DNA of 63,976 nt, the filler included, from Hausera hauseri (taxonomy: Eukaryota), in the NCBI GenBank assembly GCA_046269625.1. It is 12 parts of 12 records of this genome, joined end to end, with 100 filler letters (N's around TTAATTAATTAA, not from the genome) between each part and the next. Parts side by side here need not be neighbours in the genome. Positions count along the whole stretch, not along the records: positions 36,495 to 43,034 come from JBJURY010089099.1; positions 43,135 to 50,163 come from JBJURY010042888.1; positions 50,264 to 54,597 come from JBJURY010631108.1; 9 more parts are not named here. The stretch is one strand, 5' to 3'. Position numbers and translations under genes: made by a program. Below the pieces are notes generated by a model. It worked only from the letters and a program-made list of their open reading frames with translations, was not told the origin of the DNA and did no database searches. Shown piece by piece: positions 40,700 to 53,051 of the stretch. The stretch's first letter is position 1. Each line of letters opens with the position of its first letter.

Positions 40700-41830
40700 T
40701 GTCTCTGGTGCGCTGGAAAGGGCGCCTTCATAACCAACACGGGAGAAAACTTCATATACTCAGGGAAAGAATAAAGTTTACAAGGAGGGATTGGTTTCAT
40801 ACTATCAAAGAGAGTAAAATCATCACACCTGGAATGCAACTTAGTAAACGATATAATAATAACAAGTAGATTGAAGAGAAAAAAAAGAAACATCACAATA
40901 ATGCAGATATACGCACCAACATCAGCAGGAAATGGCGAAGACATCGAGGAATTTTACAGCAAATTGGGAGTACCTATATACACTAGGCAAAGAAAGGCGT
41001 CATCACAATTATATTGGGAGATTGTAATGCAAAAATCGGCATAGAAATAACAGAGCTAGTAAAAAAAGTGCGAGGAACTTTCGGTATAGGACATAGAAAC
41101 GAAAGAAGCCAAAGACTAATGGAATAATTCTGCCTAGAAAACAACAAATACACCAAAATAGTACAGAAGCAGTAATGAAAGATGATGATAAAGAGCCAGA
41201 ACCGATTTTAGATGAAGTGATTTCGGCAATAAATAGTCTGAAAAAAAGGGAAATCACCAGGTTGCGATGATATACCAGCTGAATTATTTCAAGCAGGAAG
41301 ACAAGCCAGCGCCCGAGTCTATCACACACTGTGTATAAAGAACTGGAATAGTGCTGACTGCCCAATACATGGAAAAGATCAGTATATGTTCCCATACCAA
41401 AGTAATACAAGAAGTGCAAGCAGGTTTCTGATAAGGCAGGGGCACCAGGGACCATATCTTCAAAATGAGAAACATCTTTGAGAAGTGCAGAGAGTACAAC
41501 GTGGACCTTCATACTTGTTTCATTGATTACACCAAGGCTTATGGAACATCTTGAGAGGCTTGGGGTTTACAACACAAATAGTACACCTAATTGCACCACT
41601 GTATCAATAACAACAAGCAACTGTAAGAATATCGGGAGATACATCAGAATGGTTTGCGATACTAAAATGAGTAAGACAAGGATGTATACTCTCCCCATAT
41701 CTGCTCAACATCTATGACGAGAATATAATGAGAAATGCCAAAGAAGATGAAAATTGTGCAAACTATGATCCTTTCACAATTGGTGTTAACACCCTTCCAG
41801 AACTCAGATACACAGATGGTACAATCCCTT
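40700..41830 (+). mobile_element. Internally deleted copy of the same RTE-like LINE
   Basis: Collinear segments homologous to 36530-38270 (YAPTS, EPEPILDEVISAI, QAGF) with large deletions. Confidence 0.85.
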
Positions 41831-43034
41831 TTTTTTATTCTGTATATATCTTTAGATTGTGACAGCAGTGCTATATCATCTGCAAGTGTAGATTCTCTAA
41901 TCTCATAGTCAGTCCTCATATAATTCCTCTGTTTTCTTCTCCACGTGTAAAAGGCGACGGAATACATGTCTGCCTAACACCAGATTTGACCTCAAACCAT
42001 CTAATATATGAACCTTGGTATGAACACAACATTGGTTGTTAGAGTACGTATCTTTGAATATATTTATATCTTTTGTTGGAAATCCATATTCTATAAGGAT
42101 CTTTCACAGTGCTGGATGACGTACACTGTCAAATGCCTTTTCAAAATCTATGAAGTTAATATGTGCCGATGACTGCCATTCTGGCGATTGTTCAATTACT
42201 GTCTTCAATACAAAGATCTGATCTGTGCAAGACCTCTCTTTCCTAAATCCTGCTTGTCCTTCTCTCAGAGTTTTTTCAACACTGTTCTTTATCCCTGAGA
42301 GTAGTACCCTGCAGAATATTTTCTCTGCAACAGACATGAGATTGATTCCTTCGCCAGTAGTCACATCTTGAGAGATCTCATTTCTTCGGTATTTTTACAA
42401 TGACACATCCCTTTCCTTGCATCTGGCACGATTTCTTCTTCCCGCATTTTGTTAAACAAATTGACAAGGCATTTTGCACTTATCTGAGGCTAAAATTTGA
42501 GCATGTCTGCAGATCTATTCTTCCCCAGGCGCTCTGTTGTTCTTGTGTTGTATGATAGCTTCTTCTATTTCCGTATATGTAATAGGTGTTTCTTCATTTC
42601 TTGTTGTTGTCTTTGGCAATTAGTCTGTATTTCTATTAGTGGTTCTTTCCCGGTGAGTGTTGTGTTAAAATATTCTGCCCATCTGTCTAGCTGATCTTCA
42701 TCTTTGACAAGTTTCCTACCATTTAGATCTTTAATATTTGCATCAAAGTCAACACGAGCTGACGCTCGATGACTGTGGAGGAAAGACAAAACATGACACG
42801 ACAAGATCTTTAGTTACTGTTGAACTGTTAGCATTTCCTTGGGTTATTTCTCTGATTATTTTATACAAGGCTCCAGTGTTTCATTTGTCTGCGGCCTCTT
42901 GGGCTTGTTGGGTTGTAATAGTAACATGTTTTTGTAGTTTATCATTCCATTATTTTGTTTTTTTTTTCTTTTTGGTGCTTTAATGTGACCTTTAAATAAG
43001 TTTATGAGACAAATTTATTATAGTTGTTTTAATT
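41830..43034 (-). mobile_element. Second LINE family, RT fragment
   Basis: LREGQAGFRKERSCTDQIFVL...FIDFEKAFDSV in 42104..42364; RWAEYF in 42565..42804. Confidence 0.85.
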
Positions 43035-44311
43035 NNNNNNNNNNNNNNNNNNNNNNNNNNNNNNNNNNNNNNNNNNNNTTAATTAATTAANNNNNNNNNN
43101 NNNNNNNNNNNNNNNNNNNNNNNNNNNNNNNNNNAATACGCAGGAAAAGAGGGTGATGTGTGGTGCCGCGGTAGGGGACACAACTTGTGTCCTATCTACA
43201 CCCATTCATGATCAGATCAATTAGAAACAGATCTAATACTCAACACCCATAGATGAGCAGATCAAATAGAAACAGTCGAATACTCATTGTGCTCCTCCAC
43301 CAAAATTTATCCGTGCTAATGTTACTAATTCTAACGCTCAATCCTTTGATGTAGTCGACTGTCTCTCCATCTCTAAACAACTTTCAGCCAGTGTTCAAGT
43401 CAACTTCCGCTCCAAAGGCAGATACTGAAGTCAGCTCAAATCCAAATTTAGATGTTTTATATTCATTTCGTCATATATAAAAACTATCACGTCATTTCGC
43501 ATTTTTACAATGTTCTCTTTCAACAGGCAGTGCAGTTCGTCTCAAGTCAATTACGTCATCTCACACGTCCACAACTTCCCTTGGACGCGTTTCTAATCGA
43601 AAGACGCTTGATTGTACAAAAAACTATATAAACATTTGTATATGCATTTGATTGTAGAGAATTGATTGAAAAATAATTAATAATTTTTTATTTTAAATAA
43701 TAAAGCCTAATTCAGTACCTGTTTTTCTCTTCATTTTGGATTTAACTTTGGGAATTAAGTCATAAAATTGGTGTCAGATTCAATCAACAGTTATACTTTG
43801 TTCACAAGAAATGACCAACGATAGCATTACACCTTTTCAACAGAATTCTAATGAAAGTTCTTTCGAGGGGATTGAAAATTACAGTAATGGTAAGAATCTT
43901 CAGTCAAATAGATAAAATCGTAAAACTATTCCAATACCAAATGGTATAATGGATCAATTAATAATGGCTACAGTAGAAATGACAATTACGGATTTGCTTA
44001 TAATAAATCCACTTGGGAAGATTTCGTTGGTTTAACGATTAGAACAGGATTGAATGAGACGGATATAGCTATGAAAAATAATTCCTGTGTAGAAGTACTT
44101 CATACGGTTAAAGTTGATACTATTGTAATACCATGCCATAGAAAATTGAAATTTTTAATGATTTCTGCTGCAAAAAATTCCTTGAAATTACTCATCAGTG
44201 AAATACGGTTATATCTAATTACAAACATTCTTCATGTAAACTTGAAAAGGATGAAAGTAAAAAAGTGCTAAGAAACTGTGCCATGACATTAAACTCTACA
44301 ATCTAATAGAT

Positions 44312-45440
44312 TTGGATCCTCTCATCGCCCAAGATTATACATGTCATTTGTGGAAAAGCAACAAGGTTTCGAATAAACATTTCTGTAACATTGCTGTGAA
44401 GATAAACACCAATGATCGTCAATCGATTGAAAAATGTGGATCAGATATATGCACAGAATCCGTTTATGCCTACTGTAAAACGAGTAAAATTGGAAGTGAG
44501 TATGTGGGAATTCATAATGTATCAAAGTCAGCGTTGGCTTGCGATAAATGGATCAAATACAAATCCAAACTCCAAGATACATATTCAAGGTCATACAGTG
44601 ATAAAAATTATTGTCGTAACCCAACCTATGATACTGAAGGACCATAGTGCTATGCCACTGATAACAAAATAACAAAGGAACATTGTAATGTTTCTCGTTG
44701 TTATAATGCTGCTCCATTTGGAAATCTAACAAAGGATTTCAAGGAAAGTCCTAATAATGTTTTTTGTTTAACGAACACCACTGGCGAAGTTTACAAGGGT
44801 TCGAAAAACACATCAAACATTGGAGAATGCCAGGGACGGAATGATACGAACTATGACGAATTAAATTATGCAGACTCACCCAATCATAACTTTTGTAGAA
44901 ATTTTGGTGGACGAAATAGACCATGGTGTTATGTAGAAAGTCTAAAGCAAAACTGGTCATAAGGTGATATTCCATTATACAAAGATTTCAATGATTGGAA
45001 AGTATTTGATGCTTCAAAAGCAATAGATGGTAACTTCGATCAGTCCTTGGGGAATTGTGCATTAACTCAGTCATTCAGTTCAAGCGACAAAGTGTATCTA
45101 ACATGGAAATGGTCGGTAACAGTCCTTGTAAAAATCAAAGGAATTAGGATTTATCCATCACGAACCAATCTCAGTGACTCATCTGGTCACTGTGTGTTAC
45201 TGTACAGTACTAACAATTCAACAGTCATCATATTCAAAATGATCCACAGAAAAACAACCTCGCGTTTTGTGCTCCGCGAAGTTCAAATATTCACAATTGT
45301 AGAAACATCAGAATGTTATAGTAGCCAATATGGCGTAGATTACGTATGGAAATGGAAAGTTTCTATAAGCAACGTCTGTAAGAATTGGAAAAACTATCAT
45401 AAATTTAGTGAGCTAACCTTTCTGGAGGGTTTGAGTAATG
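44312..45440 (+). pseudogene. Kringle-kringle-fucolectin (FTP/F5-8)-kringle pseudogene
   Basis: CKTSKIGSEYVG...CDKW...KNYCRNPTYDTEGP*CY; second kringle NHNFCR...RPWCYV; ASKAIDGNFDQSLGNCALT; third partial ECYSSQYGVDY; stops and frameshifts. Confidence 0.8.
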
Positions 45441-45760
45441 ATCAGAATGTTATTTCGGAAGTTAGTGGTGCCAACAAATTTTCTTCTAATAATAAATCAC
45501 GACAAAATAAGTATCACGGTGATAACCGCGGATGTACATTTCGATCTAACCAATATCATGAACGTAATCAACGGACCGATGTAAAAGAATCACAAATTGA
45601 GACAACACAAAACACATTTTGGCCATCATTTTTACCAAATGCTGAAATGACAGCTGGCAACACGCTTAACTCAGCTCTTCATTTAATGTTTTCCAAGATT
45701 TCCGTATATATATCTTGGTATCATTGACAAGTTAACCAATGTGCTACGGACACATACAAT

Positions 45761-46738
45761 TTGTCAACACAACTAAACTCAAAATTAGCGTCTTATATTT
45801 TCGTCTCAGACAATTGCAACGGTTCTTGCATTCTGACTAATTTGAAACGAATCCATGAAATAAAAAATGCAAATCGACTTATTAGTTTGGTCCCTTTCAG
45901 TGGAAAGTGGCCGCGAAAGTTACACTCCATCGCATTTCATCTAACCGAAAATAATCAGGAAAATGAGGTAGTCTTACAATGCCTGGCCAATTTCAATTTT
46001 CTCCTGTCCCATATTCAATGTTTCGGAACTCAGGAATTAATCATTTGGTTGAAATTGTCTTCAAAACGTTATCCATCAAATCAAATAAGTGATATTATTA
46101 AGAGTTGTGTAGTGTTTATTGAATCATGGTTGGATTCCGATGGTTTGCAATTACTAGGACAAAAAATTTTTGACGGATGTATTTTTCTATATAATATACT
46201 TGAAGTTATGGAAGGATTGAGACATTTTAATTATAACAAAAATGAAATAGTACAATACTTCAAATATACGAAACAGCCTCGAGTTTCGATCAAATATTTC
46301 ATTAACAATAATACTGAAAGTCGTTATCAAATGCCAATTTTGAAAAATTTATTTAAAGATGATCATAATTCAGACGATAAAGATGATAAAAACGTGTTGG
46401 AATGTTTTAGTTGTGGCCAAAATTCTCCAGATAATAATAAAACAAATGGAGAAATTTTCAAAGAGTGTTCGATGGGTAAACACGAGTCAGATGTCAAAGT
46501 TGAAAATTATTCAATGATTAAAACACCTAAATTCGACTCTCAATTATATGCCAATCCCAACATCTTATCCATCAACAAATTTCCTTCTCGGTTCATCAAA
46601 GTTGACTACAAAATCATTCGATACACCTACTACGGAATTATCAACTGCTTCAGCAACCGCATCTCTAGTAACTTCAGAAAACGATGGAAACCAGAAGTAG
46701 ATGAATGCGCCCTTTTCAACCAGTTTTATGCCGGATAA
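45761..46738 (+). CDS. Hypothetical 325-codon open frame, unknown function
   Basis: Unusually long stop-free frame in AT-rich DNA; non-ATG start; no motif recognised; may be chimeric. Confidence 0.35.
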   Translation: MSTQLNSKLASYIFVSDNCNGSCILTNLKRIHEIKNANRLISLVPFSGKWPRKLHSIAFHLTENNQENEVVLQCLANFNFLLSHIQCFGTQELIIWLKLSSKRYPSNQISDIIKSCVVFIESWLDSDGLQLLGQKIFDGCIFLYNILEVMEGLRHFNYNKNEIVQYFKYTKQPRVSIKYFINNNTESRYQMPILKNLFKDDHNSDDKDDKNVLECFSCGQNSPDNNKTNGEIFKECSMGKHESDVKVENYSMIKTPKFDSQLYANPNILSINKFPSRFIKVDYKIIRYTYYGIINCFSNRISSNFRKRWKPEVDECALFNQFYAG

Positions 46739-46934
46739 TCCAGGTTCATTGGAGCCTACCACGAATACTGCAGATACAAAGCCTACAATAATTGCGGGTG
46801 TCTCAGACCTCACAGTCCATTGGAATTTTTCAAAGTAATTTTATGCTAGGATATTTTTCTTTGTTTAAGGAGCATTCGATAAACTGTATAGCTGAGGGAC
46901 CGAGCTTGCCCGACCCCGCTGCATTGCATCCCTT

Positions 46935-47154
46935 TCTCTTCTTATTTTTTACAATAATAAACATGTGTATACATTGAGGGTTGCATGCAAACATGCGGCA
47001 CACACTTTATTCTGCATTTTTATCTTTTTTCGGCTCTTCCGATTTTTGTTGCATGCGCAATGGCCTGACTCTGTTACCTTCCGACTCTCTGTTATCTTTT
47101 GCATTCAGAAAACATTCAATAATTTTGACTATTCATTTTCGTATCTGTGGTGGA
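46935..47154 (+). other. Ubiquitin-like domain ending RICGG, in frame with Gag
   Basis: LLIFYNNKHVYTLRV (frameshift) ...FCCMRNGLTLLPSDSLLSFAFRKHSIILTIHFRICGG aligns by eye to ubiquitin [35 protein letters not shown]. Confidence 0.6.
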
Positions 47155-50100
47155 TCAGACCCTGTTCCTTCTGCCGAAAAATTAACCAAAACTAGATCTG
47201 GTCGTCGTCCTGACGACGTCACGCTAAATACATCTCCAAATCTCCCTTGCACGGATTTTTTTCTCGACAAAACGAATTCTAGCCGTACCTGGTTACAATT
47301 CTATTTGCAATGGCTTAAAGCCAATCATATCACATACTCCTTTTTGCAGGCGAGCAGCTTGCTGCTACTACTTCCAGCTAATATCAAGCAGCAAATCAAT
47401 AATGTGGCTGAAATACTAACCTCTTCAAATCCATATTATATGCTTTATGAATCAGTTCTGCACATTACCGACCCTTTTATTGACAGCATAATTCAGAAAT
47501 ACTTTAATGAATATGCCATCGGAAATCAAAACCATCGGATTTCCTTAAAACTGCAATATCCCAACTGAGTTCTTTAGGCGTCACTACTATAAACAATGTT
47601 AATTTTCTTCGTCGGTATTTTCTTTCATCCTTGCCAACCTCCATCAGAGCGCTGCTCACGGGATTAGACGACTCAACTGCCCTTCAAAAGCTCGCCTTAT
47701 TGGCAGACAAAAGTTTTGACATTTTTCCATCTAATAGTTCACAGCCAGTAGCTGCAGCAACCGCTCACACACCATCACGCACAGATAACACTTTATTTTC
47801 ACAACAACTGCATATTATGCAGAAGCAAGTCGAAACACTCCAACAGGCAATTTCTGCGATCACAGCCAAACTATGCGACTTATCCGTGCCTCGAAAAAAC
47901 AAAAACCATGTTTCGTGCAATCGTAGCTTTTCCAGACACTCTACTTGGTCCAAATCTCGAGATTGTAGAATAATTTGCTTCTATCACAATAAATTTGGTA
48001 GAGAAGCAAGAAAGTGTTTTAGGCTGTTGATTTTACGATGAACTTTATGTAGTAGACAACCAAATCTGCATCTATCACACAAAGTATCAATCAAAGGCTA
48101 GGTCGTGTGTGCCAGGATTCACATATTTTAAAAAGAATTCTAGTTTTTCTCCGTCTTCTTCGCCTCCTCGTATTTATCATTCGTCTGCTTTTTCCCAACA
48201 ATCCCCAAAAACCAGTAATGCCATCAGATGTCACGGCCAATTCTGGTATAGGCAATATCGCTCAAACTTCTGGCCGTTTCGACAGCACCTCTGCAGTCTT
48301 TCTGTTGAAAGCTGAAATGATATTTGGAGACACCTCGCACATAGACTTCCTTATCGATTCAGGAGCTGCCTTTTCACTTCTTCCTTTGTCTTTCGCTCCT
48401 ACATCTAACACAGTTTTCTCTCCTCCACTCTTCACTACCTGTGGTCAACCCTTGAACATTGTAGGCATCACTAAACTGTCTTCCTCATTCTCCAACCTTT
48501 CAGGAAAATTCTCCTGAAAATTTCACATAGCCAACATCAGATCGCCCATAATAGGCGCCGATTTCCTGGCTGCATACTATTTGTTAGTCGACTGAAAGCA
48601 TAGATGCCTTCGTAGAATCCCCGCTGCAAATTCTTACAAATGTTTACTAAACGAACAGTCTGACACTTTGTCTTCCTCTGTTCATTCAAATATCAATTTG
48701 ACATGCTGCTCATCGGCTGATAACAACACGCTTAATAATTCTTCAATATTTTCTATTTCATCAAGTAAGAACAAATCAATCTTTAAACAATCGATTGAAA
48801 CGAATATTATTAACAAAGTGTTCTGTGATTCTGTATCGATTACAGCCATTGACTCTTCCACTAATATGCCCTCATCATTCTTATCGCTGGAAACCAATCT
48901 TAAATCCTTCATCAAAACTTTTTGCTTCCGCACTCTTAAGAAGGACATCAATTTCAAGCCTCATTCTACAACTTATCACCACATAGTCAGCGAACACCAA
49001 AGACCTATTAGACAAAAGGTAAGGCCACTGTTACCTCGTAGACAAAAAGCCGTTAAATTAGATTTCAATGAACTCGAAAAGGCTGGCATTATTCGAAGAT
49101 CCAAATCACCATGGGCTTCGCCATTGCATGTAGTAACAAAGAAAAATGGAACTTACAGACCATGTGGTGACTATCGGCAGTTAAATAATCTTACAGTCAT
49201 GGATGCTTACCCGCTACCTCTAATAAATGACATCATGCACAGTCTTACCAACACTAACACGTACTCCACAATTGACTTGCATAAAGCATATCATCAAATT
49301 CCGGTTGCACCTGATGATATTCCAAAAACTGTTATTATTACTCCATTTGGCCTCTACGAATATATCTTTATGCCATTTGGTTTACGTAGTGCTTCTAAAA
49401 CTTTCAAACGACACATTGATACCGTACTTTCAGGCATAGACTTCGCTCATCCATATATTGTTGACATATTAGTTGCCTCTACGTCCGTCAAACAACATCA
49501 AGAACACCTTCGCATTATTTTTCACAGATTGCATCATAGCAATTTGCAAGTCAACTTCTCCAAGTGTCATTTCTTTCAAAATCGTGTTATTTTCCTAGGT
49601 CACGTCATTACTCCTAACGGCCACTCTCCACAACTGGACTGACTACATCAATTGAAGAACATAATTCTGCCGACGAATATCACGGACATGAGAAGTTTCT
49701 TAGACATACTCCACTTTATCCACAAATACGTACCACATTGCTCTGAGCTTACAGCACCTTTTGCACCTTTAACATCTGGAACAAAGAAGCAATTGATCCA
49801 CTGGACTCCTGATTTGGTAACCAAGTTTGATCACTGGCGTGAGGGTCTTAAAACCGTAGAAATACTGGCTTATCTGAAACCCAAGGCAGATCTTATTCTT
49901 ACAACCAATGCCTCAACCACAGCTATTGGCGTTGTACTACACCAGATTTCTAATGGTGTTGACTTGACATTAGAATTGTAATCTAGGAAACTTACACAAC
50001 CCGAGATCCGTTACTCCACATTTGACCGTGAGTTACTTGCCATAGTTCTGGCAGTAAAACATTTCAAACACTTACTTCTCTCTCGTCCATTCGTCATTCA

Positions 50101-50163
50101 AACTGACCATAAGCCTCTGCTGCACATCATGTCGTTAAAAGAGCCATCACCAAGGCAAGAGAG
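46935..50163 (+). mobile_element. CsRn1/Kabuki-type Gypsy retrotransposon, copy A (Ubl-Gag-PR-RT-RH), truncated by contig end
   Basis: CHCC-type Gag motifs CFYHNKFGREARKC and CIYHTKYQSKARSC; FLIDSGAAFS; RPCGDYRQLN, IDLHKAYHQI, YIVD (decayed YxDD); YSTFDRELLA, TDHKPL. Confidence 0.9.
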
Positions 50164-50263
50164 NNNNNNNNNNNNNNNNNNNNNNNNNNNNNNNNNNNNN
50201 NNNNNNNTTAATTAATTAANNNNNNNNNNNNNNNNNNNNNNNNNNNNNNNNNNNNNNNNNNNN

Positions 50264-50301
<38 letters not shown>

Positions 50302-50309
50302 AATGATGG

Positions 50310-50340
<31 letters not shown>
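50264..50340. repeat. (GAT)n microsatellite
   Basis: About 25 GAT units with two variants. Confidence 0.97.
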
Positions 50341-50404
50341 ACATTCGCCGGATGATATTTACGTTATCACTTTAGCCCAGTGTTTTGTACGTGTCCGAAT
50401 CCAG

Positions 50405-51274
50405 TCAAATAGAAGCCAATAGTTGTTTACGGTCTCCGCCAACATATACAGGTTCGGTTAGATCCGTTAAAATATTGATTCGATGTAATGCTTTGTAGGG
50501 ACATGGTTTGTGTTTAGCGACAATGGGCCGTCCGCCGTGGCCGCCGCCGGTTTGACCAAATTCTCGTTTCTTAAAACCCAGATTCCGTGCCAATAGTTCA
50601 TCAAAGGCAAAATATGTAACATTATCACGTAATATAAACGAAATACGACCATTAGAGTTTAATTCAAATGTCTTGAGAGTCAATTTATCTACTGCCTTGA
50701 TGGTTGCGCAAAATTCTGTTTCCGTTTCCGTAAGAAAACCAGTGCCTGTTGTATGCGAGTAAAAGAATGATTCAGTCTTTTGCCAGTTCACTCTAATATC
50801 GGTAGTTTTCATGGAAAAGTTCAATTTTTCACTAATTGTACCATGTCCATCGAACTGTAGACCTTTCGAGCGCATACTGACAGATTGAAAACTCCATGCC
50901 TGAGCGTCGGCTAGTGATTTAAATTGAAATTCAATCGTATGTTTGTGTTTTAGCACCAATCGATTGTTTAAATGAAAAATATAAACTGGGAAATATTGCC
51001 GTTGGTAATTGCGAACGTGAAATGTTCCATTAGAGTCTTGGACTAACTGAAAACGACTAGATTCAGGAGATTGTCTTACTAAAGTATAGTATATTCCATT
51101 GTTCTCACGTATTTTTATTGGTGAAAATGTAAACGTAAATTCCGCCAAAGCAACTTCCCAGGCTCCCTGGCATAAGTCGAGCGGCTGGTCCAACGCCATG
51201 GTAAACCGTTCAGCGGTATTGTTGTTGTCATGTTCTGATAATGTGTTACTATCAAGTATTAAATAAATGCTCAT
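50405..51274 (-). CDS. Polinton/adintovirus minor capsid protein (penton), probably C-terminally truncated
   Basis: N-terminus MSIYLILDSN...NTAERFTMALDQPLDLCQGAWEVALAEF and C-terminal INILTDLTEPVYVGG...LL match Maverick penton patterns. Confidence 0.8.
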   Translation of the reverse strand: MSIYLILDSNTLSEHDNNNTAERFTMALDQPLDLCQGAWEVALAEFTFTFSPIKIRENNGIYYTLVRQSPESSRFQLVQDSNGTFHVRNYQRQYFPVYIFHLNNRLVLKHKHTIEFQFKSLADAQAWSFQSVSMRSKGLQFDGHGTISEKLNFSMKTTDIRVNWQKTESFFYSHTTGTGFLTETETEFCATIKAVDKLTLKTFELNSNGRISFILRDNVTYFAFDELLARNLGFKKREFGQTGGGHGGRPIVAKHKPCPYKALHRINILTDLTEPVYVGGDRKQLLASI

Positions 51275-52293
51275 TACCCATTCTGCGATGCAAATATCCA
51301 ACTCGGTGTAGTGTATCCGTGCCACTTGATAAGATATTGTTTATTCGAACCTTTGCCGCGTGAACGTAGAATTTCCTGAAGACGATACACATCAGATTTT
51401 TCCGGTAGTACTTGCAGTTCCTATTTCGTCAAGTATTTCGTCACCATTTTCATCATCTAAAACGTACATAACAGGTGTTTGTTTTGTGTTGATTGCCGAA
51501 ATGGGGAAAACCTCGTCGCTCCAGTTCTGATTGATATTCTTAATGAATGGTGTCGTACTCAGCTTTGAAATACGTACATAATCACCGATTTTATACTTGG
51601 AACGACGTTTAGTTGGTCGTCGTCGTTGTCGGTTTTGATAAAGCCACATGTCCAAATCATCGATTACGTCAACCTGCCATAATCCATTGATGCCACGGTG
51701 TGATTGTACGCATGAATAATATCCGTCAGTACATCTATCCAGCGTTTGTTGCCTTGCTTCGTAAAGAATTTGTTTAGGCGACCGCGCAATGTTCGATTAA
51801 ATCGTTCAACGAGTGCCGCCTTGTATTGGGAAAACACCGAGTAGTGGTTTACGCCGAACCGTTTCAAAACCTCTGCAACGTAGGCGTTGTTGAATTCCTT
51901 ACCCAAATTTGTTTGTAAATGCTTCGGCGGCTGTTGTTGCATCAGCAGTGTCTGAACAGCGTAGGGCATTATCCTACCGGATTTAGATTTCACAGCAATT
52001 GCACGTGCAAAACGGCTAAACAAATCAACACATATCAGCACGTACCAATACCCATCGTTGATGCTGGCGTACGGAATCATTTCCATCACATCCATTTGCC
52101 ATACATTATTTACACCGGCAGCACGGTGTGCACGAGTTGAAAACCGCCTTCTTATCGGTTTGTTTATGCTGTATGCTAACTATTTCCCGAGCCAACTTTG
52201 GGTCTGTTACCGAGTCTGTTTGACAGTCTTTGCTAGTTTGTTGACGCCAGTATATCCGACGGAATAACGCAGGTCGAACCACACATTGCTCAT
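51274..52293 (-). pseudogene. int: Polinton rve integrase with C-terminal chromodomain
   Basis: QMDVMEM, VDLFSRFA, LQTNLGKEF (catalytic D to N), VERFNRTL, KIGDYVRISK, YLIKWHGYTTPSWI; frameshifted. Confidence 0.9.
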
Positions 52294-52436
52294 CGTTGCC
52301 GCGATGGTGTTGGTTTTGCTCGCATTACAACAATTTGAACGAAACGTAAATGAAAGATTCGGCAAACTGGGACAGAAAGATAAAAACCATGCACCCATAT
52401 CGCCGAATCATTATATACTTACCGTCATTGTTCATA

Positions 52437-52800
52437 CTATGATGTTGTTGCAGAACCAATGAGTCCACCCAGTAATGACGTGTCAATCGATAGAATTGCA
52501 CCAAGGAATCCGCCGTCTTCCTGGTACATGACCTCCCGTTTAAGTCGTTTACTACTGGCGTTGGCAAGGCCAATGAGTCGTTTTCGATACTTTAGTAAAT
52601 TCTGCTTTTCACTACAAAATGTCAACCTGACCCACAACGATATTGTAAAATTTCCATCAAATCGTCTACTAGAAACTGCGGGAATGATCGTAACATATTT
52701 CGCTTATGTCTCGTAGGTGCCTTGAGCAAAACAATAAAGTACGGCTGACTATGTGTGAATCGCATGTTTTTTTGTGGATGTATTAATACTGCTGATGATG
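52437..52800 (-). pseudogene. Polinton small basic virion/core protein with C-terminal GGFLG amphipathic segment
   Basis: KQNLLKYRKRLIGLA...KREVMYQEDGGFLGAILS; a Q-x-GGFL motif is typical of these Maverick ORFs. Confidence 0.65.
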
Positions 52801-52824
52801 AGATTTAGTTATTTGTAACCGTTG

Positions 52825-53007
52825 TCAGTGTGACGGTAATTTGCGTCTAGTTGCTGCTTTTGTTGTTCGAAGCACCGAATTGATTAATCGCTTCACTGTA
52901 GCGGCGCTTCTTTTTGATACACGTTTTTTGCCATCGGACACCCGCTTGCTAGTAGGTTTACGTTTAACAATTGTTTTTCGGAAATTCTTTATTTTTATCA
53001 TAATCAT
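52825..53007 (-). CDS. Small highly basic protein, possible DNA-condensing core protein
   Basis: 60 aa, K/R-rich, co-oriented directly downstream of the ATPase. Confidence 0.45.
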   Translation of the reverse strand: MIMIKIKNFRKTIVKRKPTSKRVSDGKKRVSKRSAATVKRLINSVLRTTKAATRRKLPSH

Positions 53008-53051
53008 GTCGTCGATTTTCGAATTTGTTTATAGACACATAGACCACCTTT

